Source: an uncultured Clostridiaceae bacterium (lineage in GTDB: Bacteria; Bacillota; Clostridia; Lachnospirales; Lachnospiraceae). From it: a stretch of DNA of 64,000 bases. Positions 54,048 to 63,498 of this stretch are shown here, in pieces. The stretch is taken from positions 1,290-65,289 of the forward strand of contig CAMWUK010000005.1 in assembly GCA_947177415.1 (NCBI GenBank), given 5' to 3'. The stretch's first letter is position 1. Each line of letters opens with the position of its first letter. The notes under the pieces are model-generated. The model saw only the letters and a program-made list of their open reading frames with translations. It searched no databases and was not told where the DNA came from. Both the position numbers and the translations under genes were made by a program.

Positions 54048-54554
54048 TTATTCATATAATTCTTTTCTTAGTTTTTCACCAATCCCAGCCATTTCTTTCA
54101 TCTCTTCCTCATCTACCATTTCACTCAAATCATAATCAAGTGGTGCAGCAGAAAAATCTTTGAGAGCCTTATTGATAAGCTGATGCTCCTCTGGTGTGGC
54201 TGTGATACGAATCATGCCATTTTCAAGGTCTTCCTCTTCACATAATTCGCACAAATCAACACTTCCACTAACCTTACACTCCAACAGTAAGGCAGCGATG
54301 TTCATAATAAGGTCAATTGCATAGTAGAATTCCATATATGGTTCATCATAATCCGACTCTACATTTGCCAAAACAACTGTCAAAGGTTCCTCATGTTGAC
54401 GAAAATCACCATTTAGTTTGTCCAATCCGATATCAGAAAATATCTCCTCTAAAGAAATCTCTTCTTTTTGTTTTTCTTTTAAATATTCCAAAAATGTCAA
54501 ACTGTCATCTGTACCAAAGATGTAACCCGAATCCAAATATTTTGTAATATACAT
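54048..54554 (-). CDS. Hypothetical acidic protein
   Basis: 168-aa ORF, no recognisable motif. Confidence 0.5.
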   Translation of the reverse strand: MYITKYLDSGYIFGTDDSLTFLEYLKEKQKEEISLEEIFSDIGLDKLNGDFRQHEEPLTVVLANVESDYDEPYMEFYYAIDLIMNIAALLLECKVSGSVDLCELCEEEDLENGMIRITATPEEHQLINKALKDFSAAPLDYDLSEMVDEEEMKEMAGIGEKLRKELYE

Positions 54555-54684
54555 ATATATTCCTCCATTCTAGTCTTCTATTATGTACTCTTTTATTCGC
54601 AAAAAACTAACAATTTTCTCTATTCTACCACATGTATTTGGATTATTCAACTATTTACAGAATTCCATTCGTCTGATATTATGT

Positions 54685-54802
54685 GTTACATTACTGTTCA
54701 CTCACAAGCTTAACACTTGCTATCAAGCTATGTGCCAAGAATGTAAAACAAGCAAGAATCCAGCCTTTCGCTGAAGGCGAATTATAATAGGCTGGATTCC
54801 GG
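54685..54802 (+). repeat. Family-B element, right-truncated copy
   Basis: About 85% identical to 45096-45206. Lacks the terminal hairpin module. Confidence 0.7.
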
Positions 54803-54810
54803 GTTTCTTC

Positions 54811-55707
54811 CTAGTCCAAATCGTCGTTCAGTAATGGATTAATTTCAAACATATTCACAATCTTTTGCTCTTGGTCAAAGGATATCTTGACCAAATCTCC
54901 ATTCTCTGTTTCGCAATGAAATAAAACAGATGGTCTATTTATCGGCATCATCTTCTGCATTACCCCATAACATTTTTCCACTTTTCCTAATTGCAATTTT
55001 TCCTGAATAAATGTTTTTGCCAAAGGATAGTAAATATCTTCTGCCGATTCTAACTCTTGGCTATAAGTTTTCAGTTGGCTGTTTTCAACATTACAAAAAT
55101 CACTATATGCAAGAACCTCACCTGTGACGGCATTTAATTTCATTGTGTAGGTATGCTTTGCATCCTCTGAATCATTAATAAAGTAAATATAATAGTATCG
55201 GATTCCATAATACTTTCTATTATCTATCACAGCTTTATCAATAATTTCATTTATGAAATCATTTTTTTCTAAAGAAATCTGAATTGTTGTTGCATTAGAA
55301 AGATCATTTTTCCCATAATCCAGCAAAGTATCCCTCGCAATAAGTATCGCATCACCAATACTCAAATCGCTCTCTTGTTCCTCTATGCCATCTTTTGTAT
55401 ACCAAATGTTGTACCCATTCCAGAGAATCTGGTGTCCCCATTCATCCTCTTCTTCATATTTTGCACTCTCGGGAATATAAATTCCTTTTCCTTCTAGCAG
55501 TACCTTTGGTTCTGTTTCTTTTTCAACATCCGCTCTTATGGCTGTTCCCGAAACACTCTCTCCTGTATCCGGCACTTTTCTTTCTATTGTGCTAACCTGC
55601 CTGCTTGCCTGTACTTGTGACATTTGATATTGCAATGCTCCTGTACCAACACTAACGAGTGCTCCAGCTGCCAAAAGAATTCCTAAAGTTGTTTTTTTCT
55701 TTACCAT
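54811..55707 (-). CDS. Hypothetical secreted protein
   Basis: Signal-like N-terminus MVKKKTTLGILLAAGALVSVGTGAL. 298 aa. Confidence 0.6.
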   Translation of the reverse strand: MVKKKTTLGILLAAGALVSVGTGALQYQMSQVQASRQVSTIERKVPDTGESVSGTAIRADVEKETEPKVLLEGKGIYIPESAKYEEEDEWGHQILWNGYNIWYTKDGIEEQESDLSIGDAILIARDTLLDYGKNDLSNATTIQISLEKNDFINEIIDKAVIDNRKYYGIRYYYIYFINDSEDAKHTYTMKLNAVTGEVLAYSDFCNVENSQLKTYSQELESAEDIYYPLAKTFIQEKLQLGKVEKCYGVMQKMMPINRPSVLFHCETENGDLVKISFDQEQKIVNMFEINPLLNDDLD

Positions 55708-55846
55708 TTTTGGTTCCCCTTTCTTCTACACTCCAAATATACATTTGCCTTTGTTTACGACATACTTATCATATCATGGCAGTATAACGTTTCTGTATTC
55801 TATCAGTAAACAAATGGGAAACAAATGTAAAACTTTTGGTAACCGT

Positions 55847-57268
55847 TCAGCCGGAGACTGACCTATTACAAAACTGCACCACCACTGTTGTTCCTTTTCC
55901 TGTTTCAGAAAAAAATGTCATTGTCCCTTCATGTTCCTGCACTATCTGCTGACACAAAGATAAACCAAGTCCGCTTCGTCCTTCCTTTCTCCCTCTTGCC
56001 CTATCCGCACGGTAAAATGGCTCTGTAATTCTATCCATTTGTTCCTTTGTCATACCACATCCATTGTCCTGTACGCAGATTTTTGTTTCTGTTTCCGTTC
56101 CGGTTACTGTTATGGAAACAGTCCCTGTGTCTCCGCAGGCAAAGATACTGTTACTGACCAGATTAAAAAGCAGACTTTGAAGCAGCAATTCATTTCCATA
56201 TAAATCTTCCACTTGGCTATGGCACAAAAGTTGCACTCCTGCATCCCTGCAATGCTTCTGTGTCTGTTTCTGTAAAACCGAAAACAGCCCTGCCACAGCT
56301 ATTTTCTTTTTTTCAATGCTGTATGTACGAAGTTTCGCCATATCCAAAAGCGTATAAGACAAATGAAGCAAACGGTCACTTTCCTCCATAATAATACCCA
56401 TGCATTCTAACATTTCATCATACGGTACATTCCCCTTTTCTACATATTCTGCATAACCATAAATGCTCGTAAGCGGACTTTTTAATTCATGGGCAAAGTT
56501 ATCTGCAAACTGTTGTTTTGCCTTTGCTTCGCCCTGTATATGAAGCATATCCATCTGAATGTGTTCTGCCATTTCATTAAAATGCTCCCCAAGAGTAGCA
56601 ATATCATCCGTTCCCTTTGGATATACACGGCTATCCAGATTTCCTCCTGCCATATCGTCTACAGCTTTTGTCAGCAGCCGGATAGGATGCATCATTCTGC
56701 GAAGCACAAAAAATAGCAATACTGCAAGCCCTAAGGAAAATGCTACACTGATGATGATATACTGCTTTTCTAATGTACCCCAAGTATCCTGAAGTTTTGT
56801 CAATGGCTTTTCATATCGGATGTAATAAATTTCTTCACCCTCATATAAAATCCCTTCAACCTGCATCTGTTTTACCCCATTTTCAGTAGATATCACCATC
56901 TGATATTCATCCACTTCCCCTGCTGCCTGTTCAGACACTTTTTCTTGTTCCAGTCTTTCTGGATAAATATAACTTTTACTATCCCATACAGTTAGTGCAA
57001 TCTTCTGTTTTGTATAATAATTTTCATAAACTTCCAACACACTCTTCATTTGTGAGAGCTTCAATCTATCCTTTTTTTCTAACTCAGTAAAATTTCTATA
57101 AATTCCTTCTGTAAGCATATAAAATTCCGTTTCTGCCTGCTGCTGCTCTAAGATAATATCCTTATTGTAGGTCATTTGGAACACCAAATAGATTCCGCAG
57201 TCTAACAGCACCACAAATATAGCGATTGTAATCAAATATATCTTCTGCCATAGTTTCATCCATGCCAC
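55847..57268 (-). CDS. Sensor histidine kinase
   Basis: TM, extracytoplasmic loop, TM, HAMP. H-box FAHELKSPLTSIYGYAEY. G-boxes DNGCGM and GLGLSL. Confidence 0.9.
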   Translation of the reverse strand: MAWMKLWQKIYLITIAIFVVLLDCGIYLVFQMTYNKDIILEQQQAETEFYMLTEGIYRNFTELEKKDRLKLSQMKSVLEVYENYYTKQKIALTVWDSKSYIYPERLEQEKVSEQAAGEVDEYQMVISTENGVKQMQVEGILYEGEEIYYIRYEKPLTKLQDTWGTLEKQYIIISVAFSLGLAVLLFFVLRRMMHPIRLLTKAVDDMAGGNLDSRVYPKGTDDIATLGEHFNEMAEHIQMDMLHIQGEAKAKQQFADNFAHELKSPLTSIYGYAEYVEKGNVPYDEMLECMGIIMEESDRLLHLSYTLLDMAKLRTYSIEKKKIAVAGLFSVLQKQTQKHCRDAGVQLLCHSQVEDLYGNELLLQSLLFNLVSNSIFACGDTGTVSITVTGTETETKICVQDNGCGMTKEQMDRITEPFYRADRARGRKEGRSGLGLSLCQQIVQEHEGTMTFFSETGKGTTVVVQFCNRSVSG

Positions 57269-57271
57269 CTT

Positions 57272-57916
57272 TTATCCTTCTAAACGATATCCCAGCTTCG
57301 TAATCGTTTTGATTTCCTTTTCCAGTCCAAGCTTTTTTCGAAGCCTTTGCACATGCACATCTACAGTTTTTGTTTCCCCCTCATAATCATACCCCCAAGC
57401 AGCTTCCAGCAATTTTTCCCTTGATAGTGCGATGTTCCTGTTTCGAATAAATACCTCTAATAAATTATACTCTTGTGGTGCTAATACAATTTCTTTTCCA
57501 TCCAGTGTTACGTTTCTCTTTTTTACATCCACCCTGATTCTTCCAACCGAAATAATTTCCTCTTTCTGAATACGACGCAGAACCACATTTACTCTGGCGA
57601 TTAGCTCTAGCATCTCAAAAGGCTTTACAATATAATCTTCCGCACCAAGGGAAAGTCCATTCAGCTTATCCTCCAATTGCCCTTTTGCGGTCACAAAAAT
57701 TACTGGTGTATCCTCCACCAGCTTAATCAAGTCAAACCCGGAAATTTCAGGCAACATGACATCTAATAAAACCAAATCAAAATGCTCTTTTTTAAAAGTG
57801 CAAAGTCCTTCCTGCCCATCATAACAACAACAACCGTCATGCCCGACTAGACTTAAATTACGTCGTATCAAATCGCTAATATGCCTGTCATCTTCTATGA
57901 TTAAAATTTTTGCCAT
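57272..57916 (-). CDS. OmpR/PhoB family response regulator
   Basis: ILIIEDD..LLDVMLPEISG..KP receiver plus a winged-helix output domain. Confidence 0.9.
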   Translation of the reverse strand: MAKILIIEDDRHISDLIRRNLSLVGHDGCCCYDGQEGLCTFKKEHFDLVLLDVMLPEISGFDLIKLVEDTPVIFVTAKGQLEDKLNGLSLGAEDYIVKPFEMLELIARVNVVLRRIQKEEIISVGRIRVDVKKRNVTLDGKEIVLAPQEYNLLEVFIRNRNIALSREKLLEAAWGYDYEGETKTVDVHVQRLRKKLGLEKEIKTITKLGYRLEG

Positions 57917-58009
57917 TGTTTTTCCTCGCTTTCCTAAGCATATACTTTCTGTTTTATTATATTATGCCAAAAGAAAGTAACGAATCAGTAAACAAATCTG
58001 CATCCCTCT

Positions 58010-58702
58010 TCATAATAATTTTGAAAATATAGATGCACCTATTACGGTCAATATACCTGCTACGGCTATTGATAAACTACTCATTGCTCCTTCAATTTCT
58101 CCCATCTCCATAGCTTTGGCAGTTCCTATAGCATGAGAAGATGAACCTATTGCCACTCCCTTCGCAATAGGCTCTGTTATCCGGAACAATTTACACACTG
58201 GTTCTGCCAGAATATTTCCCAACACTCCTGTAATTACAATTACTGCTACCGTGATGGTGACATATCCTCCAAGTTCTTCTGAAACTCCCATTCCAATTGC
58301 TGTTGTAATAGATTTGGGAAGCAATGTGACATACTCTTTATGAGACAATCCCATAAGAAGAGATAACAGGAAAACTGTCAATAAACTTGCTAATACTCCT
58401 GAAGTAATCCCAATAATTACTGCCTTTAAATTCTTTTTTAAAAGAGTAAGCTGTTCATATAATGGGATTGCCAGACACACAGTAGCAGGAGTCAAAAACC
58501 AGCTTATATATTTTGCTCCCTCATAATAAATATCATAATCTACCTTACCTATCACAAGTACAAGAATTGTTACAACAACAGAAACCAGCAAAGGATTTAA
58601 AATTGCAATAGCAAATTTTTTTCTTAAATACACTCCTAACATATAGGCAAGCAAACTAACCACAACTCCTGCGTATACTGATGTTGTAAAAAAATCATTC
58701 AT
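58010..58702 (-). CDS. lrgB: LrgB/CidB family membrane protein
   Basis: Multi-TM. AAGGAGG RBS before ATG 58702. 8-nt overlap with lrgA. Confidence 0.85.
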   Translation of the reverse strand: MNDFFTTSVYAGVVVSLLAYMLGVYLRKKFAIAILNPLLVSVVVTILVLVIGKVDYDIYYEGAKYISWFLTPATVCLAIPLYEQLTLLKKNLKAVIIGITSGVLASLLTVFLLSLLMGLSHKEYVTLLPKSITTAIGMGVSEELGGYVTITVAVIVITGVLGNILAEPVCKLFRITEPIAKGVAIGSSSHAIGTAKAMEMGEIEGAMSSLSIAVAGILTVIGASIFSKLL

Positions 58703-59066
58703 TTTCTGTAAATCCTCCTTGTTTACTATGTTTGATAACAAACTGGGTTACACGGCCTCCAAATGCCATTACCATTACTAAAGAAACTATGGTAATTACA
58801 CTAACCGGAATCAGCATCGGTTTTAACACTCCCCAAGAAGACATCAGACCTACACCTGCAGGTATAAACATAATTGGCATAATTTCAATTAAAAATTTAC
58901 CAGCATCCTTTATATCCTCTAACTTTAATATACCAGTAAACAACAACACAAATAATAAAACCATCCCATAAATGCTAGCTGGAATGGGCAATGGTAAAAT
59001 GATATTGAGTACCTCTCCAATAAAAGAAATAATCAAAATAATAAAAAATTGTTTTAAATATTTCAT
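58695..59066 (-). CDS. lrgA: CidA/LrgA family holin-like protein
   Basis: 123 aa, 4 TM segments. MKYLKQFFIILIISFIGEVL is a typical LrgA N-terminus. Confidence 0.8.
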   Translation of the reverse strand: MKYLKQFFIILIISFIGEVLNIILPLPIPASIYGMVLLFVLLFTGILKLEDIKDAGKFLIEIMPIMFIPAGVGLMSSWGVLKPMLIPVSVITIVSLVMVMAFGGRVTQFVIKHSKQGGFTENE

Positions 59067-59111
59067 GAATAATTACCTCTTTCAAATTGATTCTGCTTTT
59101 TAATATCAATT

Positions 59112-59231
59112 GTAACTGTTCAGAACCCCTCATTCGGATTTTTCCAGAATATACATAATATCAATAATTTCCCACAATGGCTGGTAAAAATCCTCATGTG
59201 GATATCACTTTTGCAGGTTCTGAATAGTTAC
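59112..59231 (+). mobile_element. MITE-like element with GTAAC-family TIRs and a unique interior
   Basis: GTAACTGTTCAGAACC ... GGTTCTGAATAGTTAC (16-bp TIR, 15/16). Direct repeat TATCAATT (59104-59111) / TATCAGTT (59232-59239), 7/8 identical. Confidence 0.75.
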
Positions 59232-59303
59232 TATCAGTTTATAAAATTTCTTTTATAATTACAAGTCTATAAAAATAACATTTTTGTGTATAGTGTATAT
59301 ATA

Positions 59304-59336
59304 GTTACTGTTTGCACTGTAGGCGTGAACAGTAAC
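59304..59336. repeat. Isolated family-B terminal hairpin module
   Basis: GTTACTGTTTGCACTGTAGGCGTGAACAGTAAC; compare 45208-45240. Confidence 0.65.
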
Positions 59337-59529
59337 TATATATTAAGGTTTATTATACCCTTATACAAACTCTATTTATTCATATCCTATATTTCACAAC
59401 TAAGGCTTTGCATAAATTCCTAATAAATATTATAATGAATTAGAACCTTGCAGCAGAGTGCAAAGTTCTGCCTAAAAAGAGTGAATATATAGAAACATGT
59501 AGATAAGGTGGTAAATAGAGGAGATTATT

Positions 59530-61671
59530 ATGAAAGCTAAAAAGAAAAATAAAAACAGAAAAACCGCACTAATGACCATAGCTATTATTGTAATTGGTGC
59601 GGTTTCTATGGGTTACATCAAATTATTGGACTGGACTGTTTCTATGAACATTTTATCTAATGTTCAGGAAATTGCGGATCATGACAGTTATTCTGTTTAT
59701 GAATTTCTGAAAAACGAATGGTCAGATTTATTATATATGTATAATGAACTAAAAGATTATCATAGTTCCACGAAAAAAGAACTCATAAAAAACCTAAATA
59801 TAAAATGTACAGAAAGTCTATATGAAAATATGTATTTAATGACAGATAATGGGAAACTGTACTCAGCAAAATTTCTCATTTCAGATGCAAAGAGTTTTGG
59901 GTTGCAGGACTTATTCAGCGAAGGGGAGGATACCGTTGCTGTCTGCTTTGATGATAAAAACTCTTTAGTGGAAAGGCAACAAGAACTCTTACTAATGGGA
60001 GTAAAGGGTGAACCCATCAAGGTGAATGGACTTACCTTTGTTGCACTAGTGGCAGCAACAGATATTGGTGTTATTCAGGAAAATTTTAATGCAGAAGCTT
60101 TTTATGGGAAAGGATACAGTTCTGTAATTGACACAAATGGACAATTTGTGGTTAATATTAAACATACTTCTTCTTTAAACCAGCGTATTAATTTTTTCTC
60201 ACATATATTTACAGAAGGCAGTGCATTTAGTATGGATACAGACACCATTTACAATAATGTACAAAAAGGCGAAACCTTTACATTTGAGTACACAGATAAA
60301 AATAATATTAAGCAGGTTGTATATCTCGAGCCTTTACAGTCAACAAACTGGTATTTTGTTATGGAATTACAGCGTTCTGTTTTTACAGCACAAAACCAGG
60401 TTCTTTTGTTACTAAGTCTTGGCTTACTGATAATTGTAATATTTATTTTATTGACTGTAATTTTTGTATTAAACAAGTCCTCACAAAAAATGATTATGTT
60501 GGAAGCATCTGCACAAGCTAAAACCGAATTTTTATCTAACATGAGCCATCAAATCAGAACACCACTTAATGGATTGATTGGATTAAATCACTTGATGCAT
60601 AGACACATAACAGACCAAAATAAAATGAAAGAATATCTTTCAAAATCCCAGCATACAGCAAACTATTTACTTTCACTTATCAATGATATTTTGGATATAT
60701 CAAAGCTACAATCCGCGAAAATAGAATTAGCAAACAAACCAGTGGATTTGGAAATTTTATTAGATGATGTCTGGACCATGCAACATGATAACTTTACAAA
60801 TCATAATATAGATTTCCAAATGGAGAAAGATATCATTGCTCCTGTTATTGTTGGTGACGAAGCCCACATTAAACACATCTTAATGAATATTCTTGGAAAT
60901 GCAATAAAATTTACTTCTGCTAATGGTCAAATCACCTTGACTGCCACCCAGCAGAAAGAGAACGGAAATAAAGTTGCTACTACCATAAAAATAGCTGATA
61001 CAGGTTGTGGGATGTCGAAAGAATTTTTAGAACATATTTGGGATAGTTTCTCTCAAGAACATCCTTCTAACACCAAAGAACTAAAAGGTACAGGTCTTGG
61101 AATGGCTATTTCAAAACTACTTATAGATGCTATGGGTGGCGAAATTACAGCAGAAAGTGAACTTGGTACTGGTAGTACCTTTACTGTGGTTTTGCATTCA
61201 CAAATTGCAGAAGAACAACCAACAGAATCAACATACCAAAAAGCACTCCCTGAAACGGAAACAGAAAGCAATGACTTTATAGAAGAAAAAACCATTCATG
61301 TTTTGCTTGCGGAAGATATCGAAATAAATGCAGTAATCTTAATAGAGATTCTTGAACAGGAGGGTTATGTTGTTACCCATGCGGAAAATGGAAAAATAGC
61401 AGTGGAATTATTTTTCAACTCAAAACCATACGAATTTGATATTATTCTAATGGATATGAATATGCCAATTATGGATGGCTGCCAGGCTTCCCATGCTATA
61501 AGGGAGCTGGATCGTCCTGATGCAAAATCGGTTACAATTTGTGCTTGTACTGCTAATACTTTTAAAGAAGACAGAGATAGGGCGGCAGAAAGTGGTATGA
61601 ATGATTTTCTATCAAAACCAATTGATGTTAAGTTGCTTCTAAAAAAAATAGAAGGTCTAAAGCAATGCTAA
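59530..61671 (+). CDS. Hybrid sensor histidine kinase/response regulator with a Cache-like extracytoplasmic domain
   Basis: 713 aa. H-box FLSNMSHQIRTPLNGLIG. G-boxes DTGCGM and GTGLGMAI. C-terminal receiver (LLAEDIE...LMDMNMPIMDG...KP). Confidence 0.9.
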   Translation: MKAKKKNKNRKTALMTIAIIVIGAVSMGYIKLLDWTVSMNILSNVQEIADHDSYSVYEFLKNEWSDLLYMYNELKDYHSSTKKELIKNLNIKCTESLYENMYLMTDNGKLYSAKFLISDAKSFGLQDLFSEGEDTVAVCFDDKNSLVERQQELLLMGVKGEPIKVNGLTFVALVAATDIGVIQENFNAEAFYGKGYSSVIDTNGQFVVNIKHTSSLNQRINFFSHIFTEGSAFSMDTDTIYNNVQKGETFTFEYTDKNNIKQVVYLEPLQSTNWYFVMELQRSVFTAQNQVLLLLSLGLLIIVIFILLTVIFVLNKSSQKMIMLEASAQAKTEFLSNMSHQIRTPLNGLIGLNHLMHRHITDQNKMKEYLSKSQHTANYLLSLINDILDISKLQSAKIELANKPVDLEILLDDVWTMQHDNFTNHNIDFQMEKDIIAPVIVGDEAHIKHILMNILGNAIKFTSANGQITLTATQQKENGNKVATTIKIADTGCGMSKEFLEHIWDSFSQEHPSNTKELKGTGLGMAISKLLIDAMGGEITAESELGTGSTFTVVLHSQIAEEQPTESTYQKALPETETESNDFIEEKTIHVLLAEDIEINAVILIEILEQEGYVVTHAENGKIAVELFFNSKPYEFDIILMDMNMPIMDGCQASHAIRELDRPDAKSVTICACTANTFKEDRDRAAESGMNDFLSKPIDVKLLLKKIEGLKQC

Positions 61672-61764
61672 ATGGAAATGATACAAAAGTTAGGATAGCA
61701 AAAGAAATTGATACCGATTGTAATACAATGATTGAAAAAGCTTATTCTAAAAGTAAGTTGCACA

Positions 61765-61818
61765 GTAACTATTCAGGTAGAAACATGCAGTAAATGCGTG
61801 TTTCTCCCTGACAATTAC
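61765..61818. repeat. Mini element: GTAAC-type TIR, family-A hairpin module C, degenerate TIR
   Basis: GTAACTATTCAGGTAGAAACATGCAGTAAATGCGTGTTTCTCCCTGACAATTAC. Confidence 0.6.
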
Positions 61819-61820
61819 AA

Positions 61821-62864
61821 TTATTTTTTAATTCTATCCGCAACCTTAGTAAATACCTCAAGTATTTTCGGATTAAAAGCACCACACTCTCCATCCACTA
61901 TCATTTGCACAGCCGTATCATGACTAAATGCTTTTTTATAACACCTCTCGGATGTAAGTGCATCATATACATCAGCAACGGAAACTACCTGTGCCCAAAT
62001 AGATATCTCATTACCACTTAACCCATCTGGATATCCCTTTCCATCCCAACGCTCATGGTGATGTCTGCAAATATCATAACTATACTTATAAATACCTTCA
62101 TCCATAATATCGGGTATAGTTTGAAGAATCTCACAGCCTTTTGTGGTGTGTTGTTTCATAACTTCAAATTCTTCCTTCGTAAGTCTGCCTGGCTTATTTA
62201 GAATGCTGTCTGGTATAGAAATCTTTCCTACATCATGAAGGGTAGATGACCTGGATATTTTATCAATCTCACTTTCTGGCAAATGATATTCAGGATATGT
62301 ATCACTCACTTCTTTCATCAAAATGCTTGTAAGTCCAGAAATACGTTTTACATGTTCTCCAGACTCACCATCTCTAAATTCTATAACTGCAGCAAGTGTT
62401 TCTATCATTGACTGGTTTAACCGGTCTAATCGTTCAACCTGCTCTTTTACAATAATTTCCAATTGATTTCTGTGAGCGTATAATTCCACAACATTGCTAA
62501 TTCTACACTTGAGGAAGTGTGGCATAAACGGTTTACGAATAACATCAATTGCACCTAAATTATACCCCTCTGTCAACTTCTTTTCGCTATCTGCGGCAGT
62601 TATCAAAAATACTGGAATTCTGTTTATCTTTTTACTTCTGTTCATTTCTTCCAGTACCTGCAATCCATCCATTTCAGGCATAAGTAAATCAAGCAGTACT
62701 GCTGAAATTTCTAGTTTGCTATTAATAATTTCCATTGCCTGCACCCCATTGCAAGCCTCCATTATCTCATATTCATCTTTAAATATCTCTGCTAAAATCG
62801 TCCGGTTGATTTCAACATCATCTACAATCAATATCGTTTTTTTCTTATTCATCTGAACTTTCAT
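61821..62864 (-). CDS. Response regulator with an HD-GYP output domain (c-di-GMP phosphodiesterase type)
   Basis: Receiver (ILIVDDVE..LLDLLMPEMDG..KP). HD (TLHDVGKISIP) and HHERWDGKGYPDGL motifs. ATG 62864 after a GGAGGAG RBS. Confidence 0.85.
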   Translation of the reverse strand: MKVQMNKKKTILIVDDVEINRTILAEIFKDEYEIMEACNGVQAMEIINSKLEISAVLLDLLMPEMDGLQVLEEMNRSKKINRIPVFLITAADSEKKLTEGYNLGAIDVIRKPFMPHFLKCRISNVVELYAHRNQLEIIVKEQVERLDRLNQSMIETLAAVIEFRDGESGEHVKRISGLTSILMKEVSDTYPEYHLPESEIDKISRSSTLHDVGKISIPDSILNKPGRLTKEEFEVMKQHTTKGCEILQTIPDIMDEGIYKYSYDICRHHHERWDGKGYPDGLSGNEISIWAQVVSVADVYDALTSERCYKKAFSHDTAVQMIVDGECGAFNPKILEVFTKVADRIKK

Positions 62865-62914
62865 GATAATGACTCCTCCAAAAATTGCACCAAATATTGT
62901 ATGCAACAGATGCT

Positions 62915-63274
62915 TTATTTATGGTATTTTTTTATACAATCTATAATATCATTTTGAACTGGCAAGATCTTCTCAAGAATTAGTTTTGCCTGTTCTGGCT
63001 GTTTTGCCCGTAACAAGTTCACAATCTCAGTATATGCTTCATAAATCGGGTTAATTGACAAATTTCCTGCTGCCCCCTTAATTGCATGGGTTTTTTCTAT
63101 AATATCATCATATTCATTACAGTCAAAATCAGTATCAACTGCCATATCATTCATCAAATCTAAAAATTTCATCAACATTTTCTCATAAAGAGAAGCATTT
63201 CCTAAAAAGCGTTCGATTGCCTCTTCCACATTCACATCTTTTGCCTTTAATTCTTCTAATAAATCCATGAACAA
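62915..63274 (-). CDS. Hpt (histidine phosphotransfer) domain protein
   Basis: 119 aa, helical. HAIKGAAGNL (HxxKG) motif. Confidence 0.75.
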   Translation of the reverse strand: MFMDLLEELKAKDVNVEEAIERFLGNASLYEKMLMKFLDLMNDMAVDTDFDCNEYDDIIEKTHAIKGAAGNLSINPIYEAYTEIVNLLRAKQPEQAKLILEKILPVQNDIIDCIKKYHK

Positions 63275-63474
63275 TATCTCCCTTCTTTTCCTTTAGAATA
63301 CTGTTTTACAGTAATTACAAAAAGGCTTTGCCCTTAACAACAACATAAAATGGCTACTATAATTGCTATCTTGAACAACGCCTTTATAAATGTATAACTA
63401 TTCTTTATAAATTCTAATATAAATCCGTCTGTTTGTCAACAAACAAGTTATGATTCCACGCTAATACCATATAT

Positions 63475-63498
63475 GTGCAGACCTATCTGAATTGTTAC
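63475..63498 (+). repeat. Partial MITE end (TIR)
   Basis: GTGCAGACCTATCTGAATTGTTAC parallels 34441-34464 and 48931-48954. Its GTTAC contains the stop codon of the phosphoesterase gene. Confidence 0.5.

Noticed and set aside
54583-54774. 63-codon plus-strand ORF.
   Set aside because: Its 3' half is a translation of the family-B repeat (54685-54802), and there is no RBS.
15-63498. Possibility that the recurring GTAAC hairpins are a CRISPR array or CRISPR remnants.
   Set aside because: Copies are kilobases apart, lie in both orientations, have no regular repeat-spacer periodicity, and are individually flanked by 8-bp duplications. No cas genes are present.
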